DNA of 64,000 bases from Acidobacteriaceae bacterium (GTDB taxonomy: Bacteria; Acidobacteriota; Terriglobia; Terriglobales; Acidobacteriaceae), in the NCBI GenBank assembly GCA_036509515.1, contig DATCFM010000099.1:7063-71062 (forward strand), read 5' to 3'. The notes under the pieces were generated by a model that did no database searches, was not told the origin of the DNA, and saw only the letters and a program-made list of their open reading frames with translations. The position numbers and the translations under genes are program-made. Of this stretch, positions 1-10,543 are shown one piece after another. Within the stretch, counting starts at the first letter, position 1; the number at the start of each line of letters is the position of its first letter.

Positions 1-131
1 GCGCAAGCAATGTTCTTAACACCGTGCAGTACGGTGGCATCGACACGACGGTGTCCTCGGCCAACTACGGGCAGGTGACCAGTGCGGCTGCGATGCGCTC
101 GCTGCAGGTGCAGGCACGGTACAGGTTTTAG
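1..131 (+). CDS. 3' end of a probable TonB-dependent receptor / Oar-like outer-membrane protein (partial)
   Basis: Frame from base 3 reads ASNVLNTVQYGGIDTTVSSANYGQVTSAAAMRSLQVQARYRF* (TAG 129-131). Alternating beta-strand ending in Phe is the usual outer-membrane beta-barrel C-terminus. Confidence 0.7.
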   Translation, partial: ASNVLNTVQYGGIDTTVSSANYGQVTSAAAMRSLQVQARYRF

Positions 132-140
132 AGGATCGAC

Positions 141-2369
141 ATGCGGAGTGAGAAGCATATGAAACGAATCGCAATCGCTGTAGCGACAACGGCTATGACT
201 CTTGTCGCGCTTGCGCAGCAGCCGGCCCCGCCGAATGCGCAGACGCAGTATGACCAGGCCGCCGCTCAGCAGCGCGCGCAGGGTGGTTATACGTTGAGCG
301 TGAACGCCAACATCGTTCTGACCAACCTCGTTGTGCGCGACAAGAAGACCGGAGCGCTTGTCAAGGGACTCAAGGCGAGCGACTTTCAGATCTTTGAAAA
401 CGGCAAGCCGCAACACGTCGCGAGCTTCGACTACGAAAATGTGGATGAGGCCGCCGCGCTCGCGGAGAAGTCCACCGTTGCGGGCAAGGCTTCCATCGCC
501 GATCTGCTGGAGCACAATCTCGCTGCAAGCCCCGCGCAGCTGAAGGACCATCGGCTGATCGTGATGTTCTTCGACCTGAGCTCGATGCAGGATGAGGACA
601 TCGATCGCGCGGTGGACGCGGCAACCAACTACGTCAACAAGCAGATGCAGCCGGCCGACCTGGTCGCCATGGTGAGCATGTCCACCGGTCTGAGTCTGGA
701 CCAGGACTTCACCACAGATAAGACTGCTCTGCTGCGCGTGCTGGCGCGCTACAACGGCAGCGACGAGAGCGGGTTTGCCAGTGGCGGGACCGGCTCGACT
801 GACGCCACGGCGGACGATGCATCGAGCTTCGCCGCTGACGATACGGAGTACAACAGCTTGAACACGGATCGCGAGCTGCTTGCGATTCGGACGATCGCCA
901 AGAGTCTGGAGCGCGTGGACCAGCGCAAGTCGATGCTCTATTTTTCAGGCGGCTTGACAGGCAATGGCATTGAGAACCAGGCTAGTCTGCGTGCTGCAAC
1001 CAACGAAGCGGCGAAGGCCAATCTTGCCATTTACAGCGTGGACTCACGCGGTCTGCAGGCGCTGCCACCGGTTGGAGATGCGAGCCAAGGCAGTCTGCGC
1101 GGAAATGCGTCGTACAGCGGAGCGGCTGTGCAATCGCAGTTCAATGCGAACTTCGGCTCGCAGGAGACGCTGGCAACGTTGAGTTCCGACACAGGCGGCA
1201 AGGCGTTCTTCGACTCCAACGATTTCAGCCCCGCCTTTCAGCAGGTGCAGAACGATACGGAGGCGTATTACATTCTTGGCTTTCACTCGACGGACAAGCG
1301 GCGCGATGGAGCTTATCGCCATCTGACGATCAAGGTGAATCGCCCCGATGTGAAACTGGAATACAGGCCCGGGTATTATGCGCCGGCCGACTTCCAGCAT
1401 CAAAAAACAGAAGACCGGGAGCTCGCTTTGCAGGAACAGATGCACAGCGACCTGCCGGCTACCGATGTTGCACTCTACCTGCAGGCGCTCTATTTCCGGG
1501 CCGTCAACTCCCAACACAATAATGATCTGTATGTGCCGATCAGCCTGATCGTTCCGGGGTCGCAGATTCCGTTTGCGAAGGTCAAAGATCAGGACAAGGC
1601 GAGCCTGGACATCCTGGGACAGGTGCGCGACGCACAGGGCATCGCGGTCGGCAATGTTCGCGATACCGTGAAGCTTGCGATCGACCAATCGCAGCATGTC
1701 GAGCGAAAGAATATCGAGTACTCGACGGGCTTTGCGCTCGCGCCTGGGCGCTACCACCTGAAGTTTGTCGTGCGCGAAAACCAGACTGGAGCGATGGGCA
1801 GCTTTGAAACCGACCTGCAGGTGCCCGATCTCAAGAAGGTCCCGGTGAAGCTGAGCTCGATAGTACTCGCGAGCCAGCGCACGCCGACCAAGGATAAAAA
1901 TTCTCTTAATCCTCTGGACCGCGATGGCGTGCTATGGGTGCCCAATGTCGCACACGTCTTTCGTCAGGACCAGCACCTGTATCTTCTGTATGAGTTATAT
2001 GACCCAGCCAAAGAGAAAGGCGCGGCCACACCGGCAGCTTCACCAGGATTGGCGCGTCGCGAGAGCAGTCCGGTGCGGGTGTTGACGAGTATGGAGCTGC
2101 TTTCCGGCGGCGTGAAGGTGTATGAGACGCCGTTGGTCACCTCGCAAACGTTGAACGACCCACAGCGCGGGGGCGTGGCGTTTCAACTCGATGTGCCGTT
2201 GAGCCAACTGAAGCCGGGTACTTACGTCTGCCAGATTAATGTGATCGACGATGCGGCGGCCAGCTTCATCTTTCCACGAGTGGCGCTGCGCATTCTGCCA
2301 CCCATTGCTCATCCGGCCGTGCCTGCGACAGCAAGTGCCAGCGGAGCCCAGGCTGCGAGTCTACGTTAG
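141..2369 (+). CDS. VWA domain protein (Acidobacterial VWFA-related), exported
   Basis: Signal peptide MKRIAIAVA (alternative start 159); N-terminal VRDKKTGALVKGLKASDFQIFENGKPQ motif; MIDAS-like FDLSSM; YYILGFHST...RPGYYAP. Confidence 0.85.
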   Translation: MRSEKHMKRIAIAVATTAMTLVALAQQPAPPNAQTQYDQAAAQQRAQGGYTLSVNANIVLTNLVVRDKKTGALVKGLKASDFQIFENGKPQHVASFDYENVDEAAALAEKSTVAGKASIADLLEHNLAASPAQLKDHRLIVMFFDLSSMQDEDIDRAVDAATNYVNKQMQPADLVAMVSMSTGLSLDQDFTTDKTALLRVLARYNGSDESGFASGGTGSTDATADDASSFAADDTEYNSLNTDRELLAIRTIAKSLERVDQRKSMLYFSGGLTGNGIENQASLRAATNEAAKANLAIYSVDSRGLQALPPVGDASQGSLRGNASYSGAAVQSQFNANFGSQETLATLSSDTGGKAFFDSNDFSPAFQQVQNDTEAYYILGFHSTDKRRDGAYRHLTIKVNRPDVKLEYRPGYYAPADFQHQKTEDRELALQEQMHSDLPATDVALYLQALYFRAVNSQHNNDLYVPISLIVPGSQIPFAKVKDQDKASLDILGQVRDAQGIAVGNVRDTVKLAIDQSQHVERKNIEYSTGFALAPGRYHLKFVVRENQTGAMGSFETDLQVPDLKKVPVKLSSIVLASQRTPTKDKNSLNPLDRDGVLWVPNVAHVFRQDQHLYLLYELYDPAKEKGAATPAASPGLARRESSPVRVLTSMELLSGGVKVYETPLVTSQTLNDPQRGGVAFQLDVPLSQLKPGTYVCQINVIDDAAASFIFPRVALRILPPIAHPAVPATASASGAQAASLR

Positions 2370-2446
2370 CCGCGGGAGAAGTCGTATGATCGTTCGTACG
2401 CTGCCGAAGAATCGGCAATGAAGCTTGTTTAGAAGAGGAATAGTTC

Positions 2447-3541
2447 ATGCAGGTCGTGCACCGATTCCTTGCTCTATTGCTCGCGTTGACTCTGCCGTCA
2501 GCGGCCCTTTTTAGCCAGACAAGTCCGCCTGTCTCTCCGACTGCTGAAAATCTCATCACGTTGAAGGTCACTGTCGATGCCAAGGACGGCAAACCTGTTG
2601 AAGGTCTCAGCGTGGCTGATTTCAAGGTTCTTGACAACAAGAACCCGGAACCGATCGTCTCCTTTCGGGCACTCACGGGACAACAAGCTCCGACCGAGGT
2701 CATTGTCGTACTCGATGCACTGAACCTGCCCTATGGGCGGGTTAGTTACGCTCGCCAGCAGATTGAGCAGTTCCTTTCCGCGAATGACGGCAAGCTCTCT
2801 CATCCGACGAAACTCGCTGTGCTGCAAGACAATGGGTTGCGAATCCAGCCGGACTTTACCACCGACGGAAACGCTCTGCGAGAATCCTTGGACGCCTATG
2901 GCGTTGGGCTGCGGAGCATTCCCCGGTCCACTGGCTTCTATGGCGCCGTCGAGCGGTACCAGATTTCGTTGAATGGCCTTCACCAGATAGTGGCGCACGA
3001 GGTTAAACGCCCGGGCCGCAAGCTGATTCTGTGGGTGTCGGCCGGATGGCCGCTGCTTAGCGGGCCAGAGGTCGACTTGAGTACAGCGCAACAAAGCGGT
3101 CTGTTTGGCAACGTCGTGGCGCTCTCCACGGAGATGCGGCAAGGCCAGATAACTCTGGATGCTGTGAATCCGATCGGGGCTTCTGAGGATGTCAGTCAGA
3201 CGATTTACTACGAGAATTTTCTGAAGGGCGTTCGCGACGCCAAGCGGGCTGAAATCGGGGATCTCGGCCTGCAGGTGCTGGCTGTGCAAAGCGGTGGCCT
3301 GGTGTTGAATGGAAGCAATGACGTTGCGGGTTTGCTGAAGCGCGCCGTCGAACAGACCGAGGCGATTTACGAGCTGTCTTTTGCCCCCGCTCCGGGCGAA
3401 CATGACAATGAGTACCACCAGATTCAGGTGCAGATTGCGAAGCCTGGATTCACCGCGCACACCAGCAGCGGCTACTACGCCCGGCCGAAATATTCCCTGA
3501 CGGAGAACCAGAAGCCTTTGAATGTTGTTCCAACGAGATAG
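2447..3541 (+). CDS. VWA domain protein (Acidobacterial VWFA-related), exported
   Basis: Signal peptide; DGKPVEGLSVADFKVLDN motif; VVLDALN; PGRKLILWVSAGWP; YELSF..GYYA. Confidence 0.85.
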   Translation: MQVVHRFLALLLALTLPSAALFSQTSPPVSPTAENLITLKVTVDAKDGKPVEGLSVADFKVLDNKNPEPIVSFRALTGQQAPTEVIVVLDALNLPYGRVSYARQQIEQFLSANDGKLSHPTKLAVLQDNGLRIQPDFTTDGNALRESLDAYGVGLRSIPRSTGFYGAVERYQISLNGLHQIVAHEVKRPGRKLILWVSAGWPLLSGPEVDLSTAQQSGLFGNVVALSTEMRQGQITLDAVNPIGASEDVSQTIYYENFLKGVRDAKRAEIGDLGLQVLAVQSGGLVLNGSNDVAGLLKRAVEQTEAIYELSFAPAPGEHDNEYHQIQVQIAKPGFTAHTSSGYYARPKYSLTENQKPLNVVPTR

Positions 3542-3634
3542 CCGAATGCCCCTCTGCCAGCCTTCTTGGGTCAAATCCGCTTGACGTTGGCGCCTTTTGA
3601 GAGGAAGATTGTGGATTAATCAGGAGTGTCGAGT

Positions 3635-4528
3635 ATGCGTACCCGCGCACTTTCGCTCGCCTTCACTTTGGCTTTCCTGCCGGCGCTCGCGGCGGAAGCC
3701 TCCGCTGTGCCCCCGCAACAGCCTGCACCTCTTACCTCGGCCAGCGAGCGTGCGCTGTTGCACAACAGCCCGGATTGGGCCCTGATCGCCCCGCACTTAC
3801 CCGATCCTGCGATCGCGACGGCGGCTCAACTTGAGACCGTCGGCGATGTGTTGCGTGCACGCCGCTTTCCGGAAGATGCGCTGGATTACTACGGCTATGC
3901 GATGGCTCGCGGCGGCGATGTGAGCACACTGCTGAACAAGATGGGCATTGTGCGGTTGGAGCTTCGTCAGGTGGATCTGGCGCGCACCATGTTTCTTCGC
4001 ACTGTCCGCGCACACAAGAAAGACGCCGGCGCGTGGAACAATCTTGGCGTGGCTGAGTATGCGGGGCATGACTTTCATTCGGCGGTGCGTGACTATAAAC
4101 GCGCCTGTAAATTGAACAAGCGTTCGGCGGTCTTTCACTCGAACCTGGGCCTCGCCTATTTTGAGTTGGGAGATATGGATGAATCTCGCGCGGAGTTCAC
4201 GCAAGCGCTGAAGCTCGATCCGTCGATCATGACCGAAGAGGATGGCGGTGGAACGACGGCGCACATCGTCGGCTCGCACGACTATGCCGGACTGTGTCTG
4301 GAGATGGCAAAGCTTTATGCACGGGATCACGATGTACCCAGGATGCTTTACTGGCTGGCAAAGGGGAGCGATGCCGGGCTGAAGCTGCACGATGCGGTGC
4401 ATGACAACGCGGAGTTGAACCTGTACGGCAAGGACCCGCGTGTGGTGTTGCTGATTGCAAACGAGGCCCAGCTTCACGGACGTACGGTTGCAGCAGCCAA
4501 GCCCCCCAGTTTGGGAAGCTCGCACTAA
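3635..4528 (+). CDS. Tetratricopeptide repeat protein, exported
   Basis: Signal peptide; TPR-consensus helices (AWNNLGVAEY, FHSNLGLAYFELG). Confidence 0.85.
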   Translation: MRTRALSLAFTLAFLPALAAEASAVPPQQPAPLTSASERALLHNSPDWALIAPHLPDPAIATAAQLETVGDVLRARRFPEDALDYYGYAMARGGDVSTLLNKMGIVRLELRQVDLARTMFLRTVRAHKKDAGAWNNLGVAEYAGHDFHSAVRDYKRACKLNKRSAVFHSNLGLAYFELGDMDESRAEFTQALKLDPSIMTEEDGGGTTAHIVGSHDYAGLCLEMAKLYARDHDVPRMLYWLAKGSDAGLKLHDAVHDNAELNLYGKDPRVVLLIANEAQLHGRTVAAAKPPSLGSSH

Positions 4529-4743
4529 TCGTCTATTGACGGCCGATCGAATGGACAGTGGCGGCAACCCGAGTTGCAGCAGTAGCCGCGCTTGCGATGG
4601 TATGCCGCGGTGAAAACGAGATTCGAACCTTCATAATAGAAGTCCTCCGGCGCAAGCGGTGCGGTGTCAGCTTCTTTTTGCGTAGCGTCTTCGGGGAGCG
4701 GCCTCCTCTTCGAAGGGTTCTCGATCTCGGTGAACTTCAGCAT
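4525..4743 (-). CDS. Small Cys-rich DUF5522-like protein
   Basis: FYYEGSNLVFTAAYHRKRGYCCNSGCRHCPF motif. Confidence 0.75.
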   Translation of the reverse strand: MLKFTEIENPSKRRPLPEDATQKEADTAPLAPEDFYYEGSNLVFTAAYHRKRGYCCNSGCRHCPFDRPSIDD

Positions 4744-4786
4744 CGCTTCCCGGTTTCATGCTACGTAGAATCTTGTTCCGCTGTCA

Positions 4787-7700
4787 TCAGTTGGCTGCAA
4801 GATCAGCCCAGAGTTGCCGCGGTTGAAGAGCCAGATCGGGCGGCAACGATATCGCTTCCACGTCGCGTCTAGGAGGAGACTCTTCGGCGTGGGCGTAGCC
4901 GTTGCGAAAGACAACCTGACGTCCAGGAATCGCGGGAATGCGATCACCCGGCACGAGAACTCCTAAAAGATTGATCGGGTCGGTGGCGGCAACCGGAATT
5001 ACTGCATCGCACACCCGAGAGCGTACCGCGCGAAGAGCGTCCGCAGCTTCAGGCAGGGCGAACTGCTCGCCGAATGGGCCTGTAACGAAGCGGCCACCGC
5101 GGATCTCGCCACGCGCCTCGAGACGGCGCAGCATCGGCGCCAGATCGCGCCAACGGGGCGCGTTCGACTCCCGCGCCAGCAACTCGCGGAAGAGTACGCC
5201 ATAGCGGGCAAGAAGAATGTGGGCGTGCGCTTCGAGTGCGGCATCAGCATGCTTCGCGGCATCGATGATGCGTTCTTTCTCTTCTTCGCTTGCATGTGCA
5301 AAGTGCTTCGTGCTCTTCGCATGCGAATGGATGAGCGGCGAGGCCGGATCCCAGAGCAGCGACCAGCGGCCCGCTGTTGTGCGGGCGGCTGCACGCTTGC
5401 GCAGGCTGACCGCAGGCGTCTGCGCCATGGCCGCGGATTTGCGCCGCGGGTCCATCATGGCGCGAAGCTGATCGAAGCCGTCAGCGGAGGCGAGACCTGC
5501 CGTAGCGAGTTCCCAGAGCGCCGTGGTTGTTTGCAGCTTGCTGAGGCCGGAAAGCCGCTGCAGGTCTGCAGTAAAGCTCGCGCCGCGCTCGGCAAGCAGG
5601 GACCGCAGCTGCTGCGCCTCCGGGGAGAGGGACTGCGCCAGCGTGATCTCGTCGATGCATTTGCCGGCAAGCGTCGCGTGAAGCCATTCGGCCGACTCGC
5701 GCAGGAAGAAGGTGATGGGGGCGGCCGAAGTTGGAATGACGCGGCGCGGAGCTGAAGCGCACCGCGGTGCGCCTTCTTCACGCGCGACGGTTTTGAACCA
5801 TGCAGGATGCGGCGACAGCCGGCCCCAGCCGACGATGCCAGCGAGGCAAAGGTTGTCGAGCCAGTGCGGATCGTAGTGAGCAACGCGCGCCGGCAAAAGC
5901 GAACGCTCCCACTCGACGGCGGGGGCCTCGAAGCCCTCAAGCTGTTCGATCGCTGCGAGTACGCCTTCTTCGCCGGTAAGTTGTGCGGTCGGCTCCTGAT
6001 TGGGCGCGAGGTGCTGCCAATCCAGAAGCCAGCGCATGAAGACATTCACAGGGACGGGTTCTGTACGCTGGCGAAGCGAACGAAGCGTAAGCCGATGAAT
6101 GCGCTGCAGGATGCGGCGTTCGCACCACTCGATCTCAAACGGCGCATCATCCGGAGGTTTGGGACATTCAAAGACGCCGCGCATCGCGAGTCCCTGCATC
6201 TCCGTTGCGAGCAGCGCCTGGTGCAGCGAGCGCGGAGGCAGATGGACGATCGCGGCGAGCTGCGCAGCGGTCATCGGGCCAAGTATTTGTAACCAGCCCT
6301 GCACAAGCTGGCTAGTTGCACCCTCAGGCGAGGGGTTTTGTTGATTGTCAGCGGCTGCTGTGCTCTCGCCGACGGCACGCAAAAACTCCGGCCAGAGCTT
6401 CGCGGCATCGTCGAAGTGTTCAGTAGCAATCCAGGCTAGCTCGTTATCGATGGCAACGGCTTTCGCGCGTCCCTGCTTTTCCAGTCGCTCGAAGAAGAGA
6501 GACCAGTGTTGTGTGCTGCGAGAGTTCACGGCGGCTGCGGTCTCTGCGAATGCGAGTGGCAGCGCAATCAAGGAAAGCAGCAGATCATGCAGCTCGTGCT
6601 CATCGCGAATGTCGGGCCAGAGCTGTTCGCGAACCGCATCGATGGCCGCCTGGTCGAGATGGCCCGAGCCTTTGGTTACAGCATCGGGCAGCGTTCTGCG
6701 GAGCGTGACGGCGCGCGCACGGCGAGCCTCGGCGCCGGCTTCATCGAGAAACGCATAGGGCATTGCGTTAACAAGCTCATGCGCGAACTGCGAAGGAACA
6801 GGCGTGTCGACCGCCAGGCAGCGGATGGCACCCGATGCTATTCCTCGCAGGACTTCGTTGAGGCCGTCAATATCCATGGCCTCGGAAAGCGTGTCGCGCA
6901 TGACCTCGCGGACAAGCGGGTGATCCGGGATGACGATGTCGCCGACCATTGTCTCGGGACATGCGGACGCGTGCGGAAAGACGCTGGCGAGAAGATCGTC
7001 GGAACGCGTCCGCTGGATCTGCGGAGCCACGCGCTTGCCCTTCTGCATCCGCAGCAGCTGCAGGCTGCGGCCAGCAGCCCAGCGCCAGCGGTTCTTAAAG
7101 AGCGGCGACGGAATCGCGGCCTGCTCCAGCAGATCGCGCGCGGTCTGTTCGGTGAGGAACTGGAAGACATCGCTCAACGGAAAGCTATGCTGCTCGGCGA
7201 GCGAGATGTTGATGCCGTTGTCTGTTGCGGCCGCTTGCAGCTCGAAGTTGAAACCGCGGCAAAAACGTTTGCGCAGCGCGAGGCCCCAGGCCTTGTTCAA
7301 ACGACCACCGAAGGGCGCGTGCAGAATGAGCTGCTGGCCTCCGCCTTCGTCGAAGAAGCGCTCCGCGATGATCGTTGTCTTGGTGGGTACAGCGCCAAGC
7401 GTGGCACGGCCAGCGACGATGTAGGCGATCAGTTGCATCGCTGCGGAGGCCTCGATACAGCACTCGTCTTGAAGCCACGCAGCGCAGGCGGCGACCTCAC
7501 GATTCGTCGCGTGGACGTGCGAAGGCACGACGCCTCGCGTGCGGCTGTCGATCTCGGCGCGCAGATCGGAGACTCCATCGCAGAGAACTTCGGTGCGTTG
7601 CGGCGCCTCGCCCTCCCAGAACGGAATGCTTGGCGGCGCGCCATGCGCGTCTTCGACAAGGACCTTCCCCTGCGGCTCGATGCGCAGGATGCGCCAGCTC

Positions 7701-9391
7701 GTGTTGCCGAGAAGGACGACGTCGCCGGGCGAAGAATCGACCGCGAAGTGTTCATCGAGCGTGGCGATCTGTACGTTCTCCGGTTGCAGCATCACAGCGA
7801 AAAGCGACGTGTCGGGAATCGCGCCGCCGTTGGAGAGCGCGATCATGCGTGCGCCGCGGCGGGCGTGCAATTGGCCTTGCACGCGGTCGCGAAGAAGATA
7901 GGCGCCATATCGACCGCGCGTACTCTCAATGCCGTTGTGCAACAGCGCGAGCAGCTCTTCGAAGCCCTCACACGTAAGGTCGCGATACGGCCATGCTCGA
8001 CGAAGCACGTTGTACAGCGCCTCTTCTTCCCATGACTCCGCCCCGCAGGCCGCCACGATCTGCTGCATCAGAACATCGATCGGCGCGTCGGGAACTTCGA
8101 GGCGGTCGAGTTCGTCGGCGCGCATCTTGCGAACCAGCGCGGCCTGCTCGAGAAGATCGTCGCGCGTAGTTGCGAAGAGCCGGCCTTTGGGGATCGCTCC
8201 GCGCCAGTGCCCTGCGCGGCCGATGCGCTGCATTGCAACCGAGACCGCCCGCGTGGTGGCAATCTGGCAGACGAGATCGACAGTGCCGATATCGATGCCG
8301 AGCTCCAGCGAAGCGGTCGCGACGAGAATGCGGATCTTGCCGTTCTTCAATCGTTGTTCCGCGTCCAGCCGCAGAGCGCGCGAGAGGGATCCATGATGCG
8401 CGGCAACCGTATCACCACTAAGTCGTGCGGCCAACTCGAAGCTGATCTTCTCCACCAACTTGCGGGTATTAACGAAGACCAGCGTCGAACGATGTTCGAG
8501 TGCCAGCGCAGCTAAACGGTCGTAGACTCCGGTCCACATGGAGGTTGTGGTCAGCGAGCCAAGTTCTTCAGCGGGAACTTCGATGGCGAGATCGAGTGAG
8601 CGGCGCTGGCCGACCTGCACGATCGTCGCAGGCTTGCGATCGGGCGATGAGCCAGTGAGGAAATTAGCAACCAGTTCGATCGGGTTCTGCGTCGCGGAGA
8701 GCCCTATGCGCTGTGGCGGCTTACTCAAGCCGATGAGCATCGCGCCCGGAGAAAGACGGTTCTCGCCGCATACCAGCGCATCGAGGCGTTCCAGCGAGAG
8801 CGCGAGATGCGAGCCGCGCTTATCGTCGGCGATGGCGTGAATCTCATCAACAATGACCGTCGAGACGCGCGTAAGATTCTGCCGCGGTTTGCCCGCGGTG
8901 AGCAGGATATAGAGCGACTCGGGCGTGGTGACCAGAATGTGCGGCGGGTTCCTGAGCATCGCCGCGCGCTCTTTAGCGAGCGTATCGCCCGTGCGAACGC
9001 CGGCCCGAATCTCGGGACAAAGAAAACCTCGTGTGAGCGCAAGCTGTTGGATTTCGCGCAGAGGTCCTTCGAGGTTCTTCTGCACATCGTTGGATAGCGC
9101 CTTCAGCGGCGACACATAGACGACGTGCGTGTGCGGAGCGAGCCTTCCTTCGAGCGTTGCGCGCAACAGTTGGTCGATGCAGACGAGGAATGCAGCAAGC
9201 GTTTTGCCCGAGCCGGTGGGCGCGGAGATCAGCGTCGCTTCACCGCGAAGAATTGCGGGCCAGCCGGCGATCTGCGGCTCAGTAGGCGTACGGAATTTGG
9301 TGGTGAACCACTCCTGCACCAGCGGGTGTGCCCAGGCCAGCGCCGGGTGGACTGCGGTGCTCTCGGCGGGCGCGCTGGACTCGACAATCAT
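4787..9391 (-). CDS. lhr: Lhr-family ATP-dependent DEAD/DEAH helicase
   Basis: APTGSGKT, VDEIH, GLSAT, SLELGID, QRIGRAGH motifs; C-terminal LARYG...LEARGEIRGGRFV...GEQFALPEA typical of long Lhr. Confidence 0.9.
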   Translation of the reverse strand: MIVESSAPAESTAVHPALAWAHPLVQEWFTTKFRTPTEPQIAGWPAILRGEATLISAPTGSGKTLAAFLVCIDQLLRATLEGRLAPHTHVVYVSPLKALSNDVQKNLEGPLREIQQLALTRGFLCPEIRAGVRTGDTLAKERAAMLRNPPHILVTTPESLYILLTAGKPRQNLTRVSTVIVDEIHAIADDKRGSHLALSLERLDALVCGENRLSPGAMLIGLSKPPQRIGLSATQNPIELVANFLTGSSPDRKPATIVQVGQRRSLDLAIEVPAEELGSLTTTSMWTGVYDRLAALALEHRSTLVFVNTRKLVEKISFELAARLSGDTVAAHHGSLSRALRLDAEQRLKNGKIRILVATASLELGIDIGTVDLVCQIATTRAVSVAMQRIGRAGHWRGAIPKGRLFATTRDDLLEQAALVRKMRADELDRLEVPDAPIDVLMQQIVAACGAESWEEEALYNVLRRAWPYRDLTCEGFEELLALLHNGIESTRGRYGAYLLRDRVQGQLHARRGARMIALSNGGAIPDTSLFAVMLQPENVQIATLDEHFAVDSSPGDVVLLGNTSWRILRIEPQGKVLVEDAHGAPPSIPFWEGEAPQRTEVLCDGVSDLRAEIDSRTRGVVPSHVHATNREVAACAAWLQDECCIEASAAMQLIAYIVAGRATLGAVPTKTTIIAERFFDEGGGQQLILHAPFGGRLNKAWGLALRKRFCRGFNFELQAAATDNGINISLAEQHSFPLSDVFQFLTEQTARDLLEQAAIPSPLFKNRWRWAAGRSLQLLRMQKGKRVAPQIQRTRSDDLLASVFPHASACPETMVGDIVIPDHPLVREVMRDTLSEAMDIDGLNEVLRGIASGAIRCLAVDTPVPSQFAHELVNAMPYAFLDEAGAEARRARAVTLRRTLPDAVTKGSGHLDQAAIDAVREQLWPDIRDEHELHDLLLSLIALPLAFAETAAAVNSRSTQHWSLFFERLEKQGRAKAVAIDNELAWIATEHFDDAAKLWPEFLRAVGESTAAADNQQNPSPEGATSQLVQGWLQILGPMTAAQLAAIVHLPPRSLHQALLATEMQGLAMRGVFECPKPPDDAPFEIEWCERRILQRIHRLTLRSLRQRTEPVPVNVFMRWLLDWQHLAPNQEPTAQLTGEEGVLAAIEQLEGFEAPAVEWERSLLPARVAHYDPHWLDNLCLAGIVGWGRLSPHPAWFKTVAREEGAPRCASAPRRVIPTSAAPITFFLRESAEWLHATLAGKCIDEITLAQSLSPEAQQLRSLLAERGASFTADLQRLSGLSKLQTTTALWELATAGLASADGFDQLRAMMDPRRKSAAMAQTPAVSLRKRAAARTTAGRWSLLWDPASPLIHSHAKSTKHFAHASEEEKERIIDAAKHADAALEAHAHILLARYGVLFRELLARESNAPRWRDLAPMLRRLEARGEIRGGRFVTGPFGEQFALPEAADALRAVRSRVCDAVIPVAATDPINLLGVLVPGDRIPAIPGRQVVFRNGYAHAEESPPRRDVEAISLPPDLALQPRQLWADLAAN

Positions 9392-9469
9392 GGCTCATTG
9401 TAGCGCGCGCTTCGTGCTTTCTTCGCCTGCGTCGAGCCAGCGTACAGTGGAGGTTTGGGAGGCACCGAC

Positions 9470-9853
9470 ATGGAAGTGTTTCGCGCAGCGGAGAGTACGG
9501 CAAACCGCGGGCCGGCCGAGTGGTTCACGGGTGAGGTCTGGATTCAGCCCGTGCTGGGAGCGGATGCCTCGTCGAGCTTGCGGAGCGCTGTTGTTTCGTT
9601 TGCAGCGGGGGCACGGACGGCATGGCATACACATCCGCGCGGCCAGATGATCTACGTGGTGGGTGGCATCTGCCATGCACGAAAGGAAGGCGGCGAGGTA
9701 CAACATCTCAGCGCCGGCGATGTGGCCTGGTTCGCGGCCGGTGAGAAGCACTGGCACGGCGCTGCTCCCGGCAGGCCGATGGTGCATCTGGCGGTCCAAG
9801 AGGCTGACGAGCACGGCCAGGTCGTGGTGTGGATGGAACACGTGGCAGACTAG
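9470..9853 (+). CDS. Cupin domain protein
   Basis: GARTAWHTHPRGQ and GEKHWHGA cupin motifs; GGAGG RBS before ATG 9470. Confidence 0.9.
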   Translation: MEVFRAAESTANRGPAEWFTGEVWIQPVLGADASSSLRSAVVSFAAGARTAWHTHPRGQMIYVVGGICHARKEGGEVQHLSAGDVAWFAAGEKHWHGAAPGRPMVHLAVQEADEHGQVVVWMEHVAD

Positions 9854-9859
9854 CGCGAG

Positions 9860-10456
9860 TTACATGTTGCCCGTGCCGATGTCGGCCAGTTTCGCTTCGC
9901 TGTTCTCCGGGTCGAGATACTGCTCGATCGTCTGGTTCAAAACGCCGCGAGCAGTGAGGATGAAATCGATAGCATCGCGACCGCCGCCGTAGCCGCCCGA
10001 GTTGGGCGTGACGTAGTGCGCCATCGCCTTCACCTGCGGGCGCGCGTTGGCCGTGGCAATGGCAAAGCCGACCTTGCGCAGAACCGGGAGATCGATGATG
10101 TCGTCGCCGACATAGGCGACTTCCTCTAGCGTGCAGCCCTCGTCGGCAATGAGGTGATCCAGCGCCTGTGCCTTGTAGTGCTGGCCCTGATAGAGATGAT
10201 CGATGCGAAGATCGCGCGCGCGGATCGCGACAACCTGCGACTGACGCTTGGTGATCCATCCGATCTTCAGACCAGCGACATGAGCCAGGGCGATGCCCAT
10301 GCCGTCGTGTGCGGAGAAGCTCTTAACTTCAGTTCCCTTCCCGTCTGGAGCGGGGATGATGGTGATGCTGCCGTCGGTGAGGACACCATCGACGTCGAAG
10401 AGCAGCACCTTGATGCGGCGGGCGCGGTCTTCAGGAGAGAGTGCGGAATCGGTCAT
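9860..10456 (-). CDS. kdsC: KdsC/YrbI-family HAD phosphatase (KDO 8-phosphate phosphatase)
   Basis: FDVDGVLTDG, HDGMG, YVGDDIID motifs. Confidence 0.88.
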   Translation of the reverse strand: MTDSALSPEDRARRIKVLLFDVDGVLTDGSITIIPAPDGKGTEVKSFSAHDGMGIALAHVAGLKIGWITKRQSQVVAIRARDLRIDHLYQGQHYKAQALDHLIADEGCTLEEVAYVGDDIIDLPVLRKVGFAIATANARPQVKAMAHYVTPNSGGYGGGRDAIDFILTARGVLNQTIEQYLDPENSEAKLADIGTGNM

Positions 10457-10483
10457 AAGGCTGATGATACAAGCGGGCATATG

Positions 10484-10519
10484 CATGAACGGCGAGCCGA
10501 AGGTCGACTCGCCGTCATG
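10484..10519 (-). terminator. Stem-loop downstream of the YXWGXW gene, possible terminator
   Basis: CATGAACGGCGAG...CTCGCCGTCATG imperfect inverted repeat; U-tract weak. Confidence 0.4.
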
Positions 10520-10543
10520 GTTCAGTCGTGCATGCAGGGTAGG

